From: Eledone cirrhosa
Lineage: Eukaryota
Length of the DNA stretch: 64,000 bases
Assembly (NCBI GenBank): GCA_964016885.1
Contig: OZ024740.1
Location: forward strand, 185,008,001 to 185,072,000
Reading direction: 5' to 3'
Shown here: positions 49,240-64,000 of the stretch, one piece after another
How positions within the stretch are numbered: the first letter of the stretch is position 1
Layout: the number at the start of each line of letters is the position of its first letter
The notes under the pieces: model-generated
Told to the model about the DNA's origin: nothing
The model's input: only the letters and a program-made list of their open reading frames with translations
Database searches by the model: none
Program-made: the position numbers and the translations under genes

Positions 49240-49797
49240 CTATCTTACAATGACAGGTTAATAAGTAAATACATACACAAGCACAATAACAACAAACACA
49301 TATAAACACACACTAGTAAACTAAGATAGAATACATTAACCAATACAGAGTCACCCAAACAAGAACACACATCAAACAAAACACTATACACACACACAAA
49401 CGCATGCGCAGAGAAGACAAAAAAAATAAACAAATAAATAAACAGATTCAATAAAGATAGCGTAAGCATACAATGCAACGGGAGGAAACATAATAGCACC
49501 AATGACGATGTTGCAGATGTGCAACGAAAGAACTTTGATAGACTATATATATGTGTTTTGTCTATATTGTATCTGTATTTTTGACCGTTGGTCAGTCAAT
49601 GGTAACATTGAGGACCGAATAAATTAAATTAACCGATATAAAAGACACAGAAGCGAAAACCAACCAAACAGTGAGTGTGTTCTGTTATTAATTATGGCAA
49701 TACTATTACACAAATATGACCCTCCCCAAGTATAACAATATTTGTTTCGACACACGATTTCATATAAATAACTTCGCAAAACTAATTCATCGCCGTT

Positions 49798-49800
<3 letters not shown>
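49240..49800 (+). mobile_element. PLE 3' UTR/pseudo-LTR (family A) with a 28-codon ORF start
   Basis: Homologous to 5515-6017. Mutated hammerhead (ATGACGA) at 49497-49538. 49716-49799 encodes [28 protein letters not shown]. Confidence 0.8.
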
Positions 49801-49845
<45 letters not shown>

Positions 49846-49848
49846 CGA

Positions 49849-49906
49849 ATACCTGATGATATAACCGGCCTTATACGGTACCCGGTCATTGAAATGATCA
49901 TAGTAT
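49849..49906 (+). ncRNA. Type I hammerhead ribozyme
   Basis: atac CTGATGA t ataaccgg...ccggtcat t GAAA tgatca TA gtat. Confidence 0.75.
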
Positions 49907-49952
49907 AATAAACCTTTCAAGGATTTACACAAGTCCAGCCTCCTGTAATTTC

Positions 49953-49984
<32 letters not shown>

Positions 49985-50022
49985 TATAATATAAGATCAA
50001 AGATGGTTAAAAGAGTCCCATG

Positions 50023-50093
50023 TATTTTATTATGCGCATTTCAAAAACAAATATCATCATGAGATGATATCTGTGTTTTCATCAGATAAAATA
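50023..50093 (-). ncRNA. Type I hammerhead ribozyme
   Basis: tattttat CTGATGA aaacacagatatcatc-tcat-gatgatatttgttttt GAAA tgcgca TA ataaaata. Perfect 8-bp stem I and palindromic stem III. Confidence 0.85.
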
Positions 50094-51507
50094 TTATATG
50101 AAGGTTAAAAAACACTTGTGAATAGTGACATTTTAAATCAACATATGAACAAATAATTTAATATTGATGTGTGATATTGGGAAGAAAGTGAGGGGGAGGG
50201 TTGGAAAGGGTGAGGAGATGAGAGTAAAGAGTGGGGAAGGAGTATAAGAAGGAAGGATGAGAGAGGAGGAGAGATGGGTGATAGAGAGAGAGAGAGATAG
50301 CCTTTACAGCTGAGAAAAATATATATTGTCTCACAGAGAGAAGTTAAAAAGCCGTTGGAAGATAATAGATAATTTAAAAGAATTTGAAATTAAAAGTTGA
50401 TGATGAGAAAAAGGGGTTAAGATAATATTAAATTAAGGTTTGTATATTGAAGGGTTTAATAATATGTGCGAGGAAAATAAATTGTTAATATGTATTATTA
50501 AAATTAAAATATTAATGTTATTAAGGATATAATGTGAAAAGAAGTAGAAGAGTGGATGAGTTATGAATTTAGAGGAATAGGTTAGTGTTTAAGTTTGTTT
50601 TTATGTAATGTAATATGTGTGTGTAATATATGTAAATAGTTTGTTTAAAAATGAGCGCAGAAATCAAAGAAGAAAAGAATATTTAGGGAAGAAAATATCT
50701 AACATCAAAAAATATATATGTTTACGAAATATTTTCTAATGGTAATAGTATAATATATTAAAGGAAATTAGTTAGGGTTTAAGTTTGTTTTTATGTATTG
50801 TAATATGTAATATGTAAAAGTCAAACGAGCATGAAAGGAATAGATAAGGAATTTAAGGAAGAAAAATCTAACGTCAAAAAATGTTTGTTTACGAAGGACT
50901 ATTAAAGGTAATACTATAATGTATTTAAAAGATAGTAATATTTTTTATGGCCAATGATATGAAGAAAGATGGAAGAGTGGATATGTTGTGGTGAGTAATA
51001 ATAAGAATTGAGAAGTAATTAGGAAGGAAAAGTAGAGATTAGAGGTTAGAAATTAAAAAGAAAAAAGAAAAGAGGAAGAAAGGAAAGTGATAAAGAGGAA
51101 TGATATAGAATGAGTAACTTGTATTATATAATATATAATAAATAATATTGAAATAAGGTAGAAAGATGTGTATGTTTTGAAAAAAATATATAAGCCTTTG
51201 AGAAAAAGGATTTTAAACTAGTAAGGTATTAGATATTAGCTGTACACTTTATGGAATGTTCTGTGGAATTTATGCAAGCAGAGAGAAAAAGCGCAGCTCC
51301 CTAATTCATAGTCTACAAATGGCTGCGATAGCTGGCACCTTCAAAATTTGCAAAACATTCTTGCGATTCAAGCGATGACAATTTCTTTTCTTTTACAACC
51401 TTGCCACCAGGAAGCTGGCCGGTCAAAAAATATACTCGAAATTAAGAGAAAGAGATAACATACATACATACATACATACATATATACATACATACATACA
51501 TATATAC

Positions 51508-51540
<33 letters not shown>

Positions 51541-51609
51541 CACATACATATATACATACATATATATATATATACATATATATATATACATATATATATA
51601 TATACATAC

Positions 51610-52915
51610 TTCAGACTCAGAAGCTCCCGCGTCTTGCAACGTATGAGGCAATCATAGTGTTCCATCGCGATCGGTCAGCAGCCTGTTGCACAGCGTCCCG
51701 CCATTGTCTGTTTGTCGCTCGCAGGTCCCTCTCAACTGTCTGGCGCCAGTTCATTTTGGGTCGCCCTCTCCGTCTGCTTCCCTGCGGGCTCCATTTAAGT
51801 ACTTGGTTCGCCCGCCAGTCTCTCCGGGGGATTTCTCAAAGCGTTGCCAAACCAGTCCAGGCGTCGCTTGCAGATGGCAGAAGAGACTAACTGCTGGCTG
51901 GTGCGGTTCCTGACTTCGTGGTTTGTTACATGGTCACTCTATTTATTCCCCAGGATCTTTTGCAGACACCTGGAATCGAATGCGTCCAACTTATTCTCTT
52001 GGCTAGTCTTAAGGTGCCATGTTTCACTTCCGTTCAAGAGTGAGGACAGCACGTTGCTGTTGTAGAATCTCATCTTTGTCTTGAGGGTGAACTTCCTGCT
52101 CTTCCAGATCTTGTCAAGCTGGTTAAATGCTGCTGAAGCCTTTCCCATTCTACATTGCAATTCACTGTCCATGGCGCCCCCATTGTCAATGGAGCTTCCT
52201 AGGTAGGTGAAGTTGTCCACTATCTCCACCTCCCCCTGTTCAATGAAGACACTGGTTGGTGGTTTGTCCCAGATAACATGCTTTTGGTCTTCTTAGCACT
52301 GATATTGAGACCCAAGCTTCCTGCTTCGACATTGATATTGTTCATAATGATTTGCAGGTCAGCTATGCTCTCTGCAAGTGCAGCAATATCGTCCGCAAAG
52401 TCCAGGTCAGACAACTTTTGCTCTCCCACCCAAGATATACCCTGGTCTTTAGACGCTTAGTACCCAGTCAATGGCTATGGCAAAGAGAATTGCAGAGAGC
52501 GAGCAACCTTGACGCACGCCAGTAACCACCTCAAACCAGTCACTGTAACCATCTTCTGTCCGTATGCAGCACTTGGAGTTTGCGTAAATCTGTTTGATTG
52601 CCGAAATGACTTTCTGCGTCAGACCATACTCATGCATGATGCTCCAGAGTGACGGTCGATGAATGCTATCGAATGCTTTGGAGAAATCGATGAAGCTGAT
52701 GGAATTCGTTGTACCTCTCAATGATGCGGCGTAACGTAAAGATCTTCTCTTCACAGGAACGTTTTGGTCGGAACCCTGCCTGTTGTTCTCGCAGTTCCCG
52801 GTCTACCTTGCCACGTATGCGGTTCAGGATCATCAGACAATAGACCTTCCCTGGTATAGAGAGAAGTGTCACTCCCCTCCAGTTGTCACAATCGGCAAGG
52901 TTTCCCTTCTTGGGG
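51610..52915 (-). mobile_element. RTE-type LINE, RT half through the 3' end (frameshifted)
   Basis: PKKGNLADCDNWRGVTLLSIPGK, QAGFR, FIDFSKAFDS, GVRQGC, DLDFADD, FTYLGS. Short gtctga tail. Confidence 0.92.
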
Positions 52916-54115
52916 GATGGGGGCTTTGGGCAGAGGTAGTACCCTTGATGGTTGACAGCTGCACCCTAACTGGTAGGGTGGTCAGTCATCACCGGTCGCC
53001 ACCCATCTCCTAAATCTCTCACGTGTGCCTCAAAGCGCCATGCCCCGGCACACCGCTTCAGCTGGTGGACTTAACCACGTGGGGGGCGGGGGTGTTGACA
53101 CGGCACCACTAGGCGTATGAGCTTCAACAAGGAAGCCACTGGTTAAAGCAGAAGGAAATCCTCCATCGGCACAGGTCCAGGACTGAAGGCGACCCACACC
53201 ATATTCCGTGGCCATCGGTTTGCAGTTCTACCAGAGACTACTCCACTTACTGTCTCTTTACTAAATGTCAGTGGTTGGGCTTCAGGTTAGCGACCTGTTC
53301 CCGGAAAAACTCTGCTGCTACGAAAACAATTCATAGTGCATCAGATTTAAATTCCAAACAGTCAGCAGAATGGTTGTCTCTAACCGAAGATTGTGTGACG
53401 GGTGTCGGCGAAAGTCTCGATGGGGAAACCGACATCGTGAGGACCAGAATTCTGTCTGCAAAAACAACGTATTGGATATTGGAACATAAGAACTCTGTAC
53501 CAACCATCCAAACTTGCACAAGTTATCGGAGAAATGGAGGCCTACAAAATTAACATCCTGGGCCTCAGCGAGGTCCGCTGGACTGACTCTGGGAAGTTTG
53601 TCCATGAAAACAAGACCACCCTGTTCTCATGCCGCCAGAACGGGACCCACTGAGATGGAGTTGCAATCATCATGGACAGGGCTGCCAGTGGTGCCCTTGA
53701 GGAGTGGACTCCTATCAAAGAACGCCTAATGACAGCAAGATTCACCACATCACATGCAAAGGTCACCATAGCTCAGTGCTATGCTCCAACCAACGAACAT
53801 AACGATGATGACAAGGACGCTTTCAACCAGCAACTACAAGATGTTGTAAACAAAACCCCACGTCATGACATCCTGATCATCATGGGAGACATGAACGCAC
53901 AGATCGGTGGAAGCAGGGTTGGCTTTGAACATGTCCTTGGTCCCCATGCTTATGGAAACCGCACGGACAACGGGGACAGGTTTGTCCAGTTCTGTGCCAT
54001 GAACAATATGAGATTCGGCTCGTCACTATTTGACCACAAGAACATCCACAAGGTCACATGGACTTCGAACGACCACAGAACCAAGACGCAAATAGATCAC
54101 ATTGCGATTGGCCCA
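52912..54115 (+). mobile_element. Inverted 5' UTR and AP-endonuclease region of an RTE-type LINE
   Basis: ILGLSEVRW, QCYAPTN, IIMGDMNAQIG, DNGDRF, TWTSND, QIDHIAI, with stops and frameshifts. Confidence 0.9.
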
Positions 54116-54121
54116 ATATAT

Positions 54122-56231
<2,110 letters not shown>

Positions 56232-56255
56232 TACATATATATATATATACGTACA

Positions 56256-56319
<64 letters not shown>

Positions 56320-56330
56320 CATATATATAT

Positions 56331-56409
<79 letters not shown>

Positions 56410-56410
56410 C

Positions 56411-56454
<44 letters not shown>

Positions 56455-56509
56455 ATTTACATACTTATATATATATATATATACACATATATATATATAT
56501 ACATACATA

Positions 56510-56559
<50 letters not shown>

Positions 56560-56643
56560 CATACTTATATATATATATATATACACATATATATATATAT
56601 ACATACATATATATATATATATATATACATACATATATATATA

Positions 56644-56849
56644 GGAACAATCGACTTTCGTCGAATCGGACCGAGGGAACAATGTTTCCGTTGGTCTTTC
56701 CAATTGCTAATACTATCTATCGGTCGCAACTCCAGGTAGAAGGAGCAGCGTGAAATAAAGTGTCTTGCTCAGGAATCTTGGTCCAGGAATCGAACTCACA
56801 ACCTTACGATTGCGAATTCAATTCTCTAACCACTCAGCCACACGTCTTC
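56644..56849 (-). mobile_element. tRNA-derived SINE inserted in (TA)n
   Basis: Minus strand has tggctgagtggttaga (A box), agttcgattcct (B box) and ctgagcaagacactttatttcacgctgctcc. Confidence 0.75.
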
Positions 56850-56850
56850 A

Positions 56851-57573
<723 letters not shown>

Positions 57574-57994
57574 ATATTAAATAAATGGAAAACTATATTT
57601 ATAAAACCATATCTATTTCATTATATATATTTCGGGGATATCATATTAACAATATGCTATGCCTTCATCAGACAAAATACAATATAAACAGTTTTATAGA
57701 TAAATATATTCGACATACCGTAATAAACATCAACTTCATTTGAAGAGGTTTACTCTAGCAGTAAACCTCTAGAGGTTTACTCTAGAGGTTTACTCTAGCA
57801 GTAAACCTGCTAGAGTAAACCTCTTCAAATGAAGTTGATGTTTATTACGGTATGTCGAATATATTTATCTATAAAACTGTTTATATTGTATTTTGTCTGA
57901 TGAAGGCATAGCATATTGTTAATATGATATCCCCGAAATATATATAATGAAATAGATATGGTTTTATAAATATAGTTTTCCATTTATTTAATAT
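57574..57994. repeat. 421-bp palindrome (188-bp arms, 45-bp spacer)
   Basis: 57574-57761 is the reverse complement of 57807-57994, with no mismatch seen. Confidence 0.95.
57890..57953 (+). ncRNA. Type I hammerhead-like motif (mirror copy at 57615-57678, minus strand)
   Basis: attttgt CTGATGA aggcatagcatatt-gtt-aatatgatatcccc GAAA tatata TA atgaaat. Stems I and II are imperfect. Confidence 0.65.
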
Positions 57995-58083
57995 TGTAAA
58001 TATACTCCAAGTATTTGTCGAGTGCTTTTATATCAGTTATAAATATTTACTAGTTGTAACCCAACAATTTTAAATATAACTTT

Positions 58084-58152
<69 letters not shown>

Positions 58153-58161
58153 CATACATAT

Positions 58162-59916
58162 ATAACTTTGAAATGTTTTGGCCAGTATTGGCCCAGGCCA
58201 TGTCTAACTTAATAGCACCACCTGGCGAAGTCTTTCAATTCAGGATTTGGGCACCATGGCCCATTCGAGAAGAGAATTACTGTTTGCGGAGACATATCCG
58301 GGTGTGGGTGGTTTGTCCGGGATTACTTGGAGGAATTTGTCCAAAGACTTCTTGAATTTTGTGTGGTCAGTTTCTGTTTTGACGTGTCCTGGTGTGATGT
58401 TGAAGAGAGCAGGGCCGATTGAGGTGAAATAATTGTGCCGTATTGTTGTTATGAGTTGCGATTTAGATTTTTGAATGGGACGGATAGCACGGGGCCCAAG
58501 CCTTGGGTGTATCTTGAAGGCGATGCCAACATCATTTGGGCAGTGATGATGGAACATTTTCCACATCATGCAGATAATATAACGCTCACGGCGACGTTGG
58601 AGTGAGTAAAGTTTCAGGTTTTCCAATCGACCCCAGTAGTCAAGGTCTGACATGCCATCTATCTTTTTCGTGATTGCCCTTTGAGGAGCTTCAAGTTTCA
58701 TGATACTTTGTTTCGTGTGGGGAGACCACAGTGGACAACAGTATTCAAGGTGTGGTCGGGCGAAAGTAGAGAAGAGAAGGATAATGGTGCGGGAATCTCT
58801 CGACTGGAAGGTTCTGAGGATCCAGGAACACATTCTGCGGGCCATGTCAACTTTGCTGCTTATATGCGTGGTCCAGCTTATGTTGCTGTCCACGGTTACT
58901 CCCAAGTCTCTGATGTTGTTAGATGCCACGAGAGTTTCCCCGGAGGGAAGGGAGTACGGGAGTTTCAGAGCATCCTCTTTTCCAAAGTGGATCAGTTCGA
59001 ATTTGTCTTCGTTCAGTAACATGTTGTTCTTTTCTGCCCATTGGGTAACAGCCAGTAGGTCTGACTGAAGGCTTATCCGGTCATCCACGCCATTGATGAC
59101 CTTTTGGAGCTTGGAATCATCAGCGAAAATTTTAATGTTGCTGTGTTTGATGATGTCAGTGATGTCATTAATATAGATGATGAAGAGAAGTGGGCCCAAC
59201 ACAGTGCCTTGTGGGACTCCACTACTGACTTTGGCTGGGCTTGATTTGACTCCCTCAACTACAACATGTTGGGTTCTGTTTGACAGGAAGCTCTTGATCC
59301 ACTGCAGCAGCTTTCCAGTGACACCAATATTGGACAGCTTTCTCAGTAGAATGTTATGATCAACCCTGTCAAAGGCCTTGCTGAAATCAAGGTAGATAAC
59401 ATCAGTGTTGGAACCCTCTCCCAAGGCTCTCAAAATGTCATCAAAGTGATGCAGTAGTTGGGTCAGGCAATCCCTTCCATTACGGAATCCATGCTGGTTG
59501 GAGTTCAGCATATTGTTACTCTCAAGGAAGTGGGTCATTCGCGATCTCACCACTCGCTCAAATACCTTAATGATATGAGAGGTGAGTGAGATTGGACGGT
59601 AATTCACGGCAAGGGATTTGTTTCCCTTTTTGAAAACTGGGACAACAGACTGGGATAGAAGGTTTTCTGGCACATATCCAGCATCCAGTGAGTTCCGCCA
59701 CAGATTGGCAAGAGGAGAAGCAAGTTGGTGTTGACACGCCTTCAAGACACAAGCAGGGAACCTATCGGGACCTACTGCTGAATTATGCTTGATTTCCTTT
59801 ATTGCCGCCAAGACATCAGGGGCGCCAAACGTTATGCCCGATAAGGTGTAATGGGGAGTAACATCGCCGATACAGCCCAGATCGGCCATATCAGGATTGC
59901 TGAAAACAGAGCAGTA
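58162..59916 (-). mobile_element. 5'-truncated CR1/L2-group LINE with an uninterrupted RT ORF
   Basis: About 558 open codons (58240-59913): [47 protein letters not shown]. Confidence 0.95.
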
Positions 59917-60043
59917 TATATATATACATATATACATACACATATATATATATATACATATATACATACACATATATATATATATATACATATATACATA
60001 CACATATATACATATATACATACATATATATACATATATATAA

Positions 60044-60075
<32 letters not shown>

Positions 60076-60271
60076 ATATATATATATACATACATATATA
60101 TATATACATATATATATATATACATACATATATATATATATATACATACATATATATATATATATATACATATATACATATATATATATATACATACATA
60201 TATATATATATATATACATACATATATATATATATATATACATACATACATATATATATATATATACATAC

Positions 60272-60352
<81 letters not shown>

Positions 60353-60354
60353 CA

Positions 60355-60388
<34 letters not shown>

Positions 60389-60409
60389 CATACATATATA
60401 TATATATAT

Positions 60410-60440
<31 letters not shown>

Positions 60441-60461
60441 CATACATATATATACATATAT

Positions 60462-60508
<47 letters not shown>

Positions 60509-60509
60509 T

Positions 60510-60574
<65 letters not shown>

Positions 60575-60699
60575 CATATACATACATACATATATATATA
60601 TATACATACATATATATATATACATACATATATATACATAAATATATATATTTATACATACATATATATATATACATATATATATATATTTATACATAC

Positions 60700-60736
<37 letters not shown>

Positions 60737-60815
60737 CATACATATATATACATAAATATATATATTTATACATACATATATATATATATACATAAATATA
60801 TATATTTATACATAC

Positions 60816-60850
<35 letters not shown>

Positions 60851-60855
60851 CATAC

Positions 60856-60898
<43 letters not shown>

Positions 60899-60927
60899 TA
60901 TACATATATATATATATATATACATAC

Positions 60928-60968
<41 letters not shown>

Positions 60969-60969
60969 C

Positions 60970-61000
<31 letters not shown>

Positions 61001-61005
61001 CATAC

Positions 61006-61054
<49 letters not shown>

Positions 61055-61080
61055 TATACATATATATACATACACACACA
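59917..61080. repeat. (TA)n/(TACA)n array
   Basis: Seen directly. Confidence 0.95.
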
Positions 61081-61497
61081 ATTGAAGCAGTAACCTCCTT
61101 CAAATACCTTCCTCTTTCCAGGTGCAATCATCATAAGGCTACTCCCTCCCTCCCACATTACAATGAGGATTTCTCTTCGTAATGCAAAATGTTCTCTATT
61201 CTAATTCATGCTGATTCATATCCAAACATACATTCATATATATATATGTGTGTGTGTGTGTGTTGCATGTGTTAATGGTTAAATGATTGAGATAAGTAAA
61301 ATTTAATAAGCCTAATACAGTTTGTGTATGTGCGTGTATATGATTGATAGATATTTTACATCTGCTTTTCCCTGCTTTCATATATATATATAATGTGCTT
61401 GTCTCTATGTACATTTATATAAATACGTACATGTTTATAAACATGTGAACGAGTGTATATATTTGAGAGGGAGGACATATGTGAATGTGTATAACAT

Positions 61498-61880
61498 TTG
61501 AACGCTTTCCACCAGCGGTGCCTGCGAAAGATCCTTCATGCGTCCTGGCGCGACCGGGTGCGAAACGAGGAGATTCTGCGGAGAGCCAAGTCATGGATGC
61601 TACAGAGAGTCATCACGGAGCGTTGGTGCCGTCTGGCTGGCCATATTCTGCGTCTGCCAAATGAATGGCATTCGAAAACAGTGATGAACTGGACTCCGCC
61701 TGTCGGTAAACGGAGGCGGTGTAGCCCAAGGATCAGCTGGCGACGAACGTTCCGGAAGGACTTGATGGTAGCGAACATCACCTGGCACGGTCTCGAAAAA
61801 TTTGCCGCTGATCGTGACCGTTGGCTAGTACTTACTGCTCGATGCAATGAACGGCACGGAAGAATCTAAGACTAAGATAG
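61498..61880 (+). mobile_element. RTE-type LINE 3' fragment
   Basis: AFHQRCLRKILHASWRDRVRNEEIL...AGHILRLP...GKRRR.SPRISW...DRDRW, then a short ctaaga tail. Confidence 0.9.
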
Positions 61881-62359
61881 CATTCAGTTTTGAATGCTAA
61901 ACTTTTATCATAGATATTGAAAAGCATTAGCAAATAACTACTTCGAATATTGCTGTATGAAATAAAATGTTATAACAACATTATGTTTGTATAGATGCAC
62001 TGAAATATGCGTATCAGTCTCAAGATCCACAGAAACTTCTTTCAATAACTTGCCTCATTTATTTTGAAAGGATCATGCATATTTTAGTTTGGTGATGCTA
62101 CAAAGGTATGCATATGTAAAAAAACTAGATCGGTAAAAAAAAATATTAGATAAATACAAATTTCCCTCCACAATAAAAGTTGCAAAATGATACATGATTG
62201 TGCTGATGATGATGACTCTGTTTTGATTTCATGATAGATGTTTTCATGTGCCCTGTTTTCTCCTGTATCCCCATAATGTTTTCCAATTGATTTTCTTATT
62301 TAGTAAGGTTGGATTGTTATATTTTATATATATATATATATATGCATACATATGCACAC

Positions 62360-62464
<105 letters not shown>

Positions 62465-62631
62465 TGTATGTATGTATGTATGTATGTATGTATGTATGTA
62501 TGTATGTATGTATGTATGTATATATATATTCCATTTCCTCAGTGAAATAACAACCCAACCAGGAACTGGGCATATCAGAGTATTGACGAAGTTAAACACC
62601 TCAACAACATGTGTCTACCACACTAATTCGG

Positions 62632-62686
62632 ACTGCCTGAAGAGGTCACAGCCAAAGATGGCTGTCACCGAAATATATATAGCAGT
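62632..62686 (+). ncRNA. Type I hammerhead ribozyme in a ~270-bp cassette between microsatellites
   Basis: actgc CTGAAGA ggtcacagcca-aaga-tggctgtcacc GAAA tatata TA gcagt. Confidence 0.85.
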
Positions 62687-62874
62687 AAAAAACGAAGCCA
62701 AATTTTAAATATTTGACTTATTTATTTGATTTTACATTACTCCGGTGTAACCAAACCAACCTGTGCACTTCGTCGAGTGCTCCAATCTGCATATTGAGGC
62801 ACACATGTATACACATATATCTATATATATATAATATGAATACATATATACATATATATATATATACACATATG

Positions 62875-62931
<57 letters not shown>

Positions 62932-63111
62932 TATGTATAACATGTATATATATACACAAATATAGATTGTGTAAAACATATGTATATATATATATATACA
63001 CATATATACATTATGTATAACATATGTATATATATATATACATATATACATTATGTATAACATATGTATATATATATATACACACATATATACATTATGT
63101 ATAGTATATAC

Positions 63112-63144
<33 letters not shown>

Positions 63145-64000
63145 CACGCACATATATACATTATGTATAACATATACATATATATGTATATATAGTATTA
63201 AGGATACTATTTATGGTTATGTATATACTAAAACCTTTTATAGTTATATATTTCGAACCCTAAATAGTGAAAGACAGTAATTTATTACTACCTTATTACC
63301 AGTAAGATAAATAGCTCAATGTAATAACATCAGTTGTTCTACAGAGCAGTTATATAGAAATTACATGAATCAAAGTTCTGTTCAAACCATTTATTCGCTT
63401 ACAATTGTTTCTTCCAGACCGAAGTTTGAAGTCTTCGGAGCAATTTTTCAATGATTGTTTACATACATGACCTCCTTTCCAACACAAGAGACATACAGAA
63501 ACATATGTATATATTGATGCACAGTGGGTTGACATCCATTATAATATTTTAGCATGGCAATTTACATTCAAAGATTAAAGACATATTAAAAAGAAAACAA
63601 AAGTCAAGTTAAAATACAACATTGGCAGTTTACGAAGTTAATGCAAGAGGATAGTTACAAGTAGTTAGTGTATGCAATAGTTACACGTGGGGCATGCACG
63701 TATGTCTTATTTATATAAGATTATAGTGCGACAGGGTGTTATATGTAATACAAGCACTTTAAGCGGGCAATCAAGAGTATTATGGGGGTTGTATTGGTAA
63801 AGTAATTTTTCATATGTATGATATAGAAGCTTGTGTGCAGAGAAATATTAAAAATATAAAAAATTAGAAGCAAAACAATGTTATGGGTTTCGTATACACC
63901 ACCATTTTCACAATCCAGGAAACGTAGTATATAGATTATATGTCCTTCACATAATCTTCGATGATTCAATATTGGATGCTTGATGAATTATGTTAGAATA

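Noticed and set aside
53235-53310. Twister ribozyme before the RTE ORF
   Set aside because: The expected conserved twister core nucleotides are not recognisable.
58240-60639. 799-aa ORF as a complete protein
   Set aside because: The first ~240 residues are microsatellite. Only 58240-59913 is LINE RT.

Overview
This is AT-rich eukaryotic intergenic or intronic DNA, most likely from a cephalopod mollusc (inferred from the SINE/RTE families and the extreme (TA)n content). No host protein-coding gene or true tRNA/rRNA gene can be supported. The long 'IYIY' ORFs are translated microsatellites. The window is a mosaic of kilobase-scale interrupted (TA)n arrays and the mobile elements inserted in them: RTE-type and CR1/L2-type LINEs, tRNA-derived SINEs, one non-autonomous hAT element and several Penelope-like elements (PLEs). 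The strongest hidden signal is non-coding. Folding by eye shows about 11 type I minimal hammerhead ribozyme motifs from at least 6 sequence families, mostly in PLE pseudo-LTRs or small cassettes inside TA arrays. Two related PLE families share a conserved ORF start (MTLPKYNNI...) that joins (TA)n at the same AAT-AT position in 5 of 7 copies. Several insertions carry an inverted copy of their own 3' end, one 421-bp ribozyme-bearing palindrome has a scrambled spacer, and one RTE shows twin-priming-type inversion. All calls were made by eye without database searches. Microsatellite lengths may be affected by assembly error.
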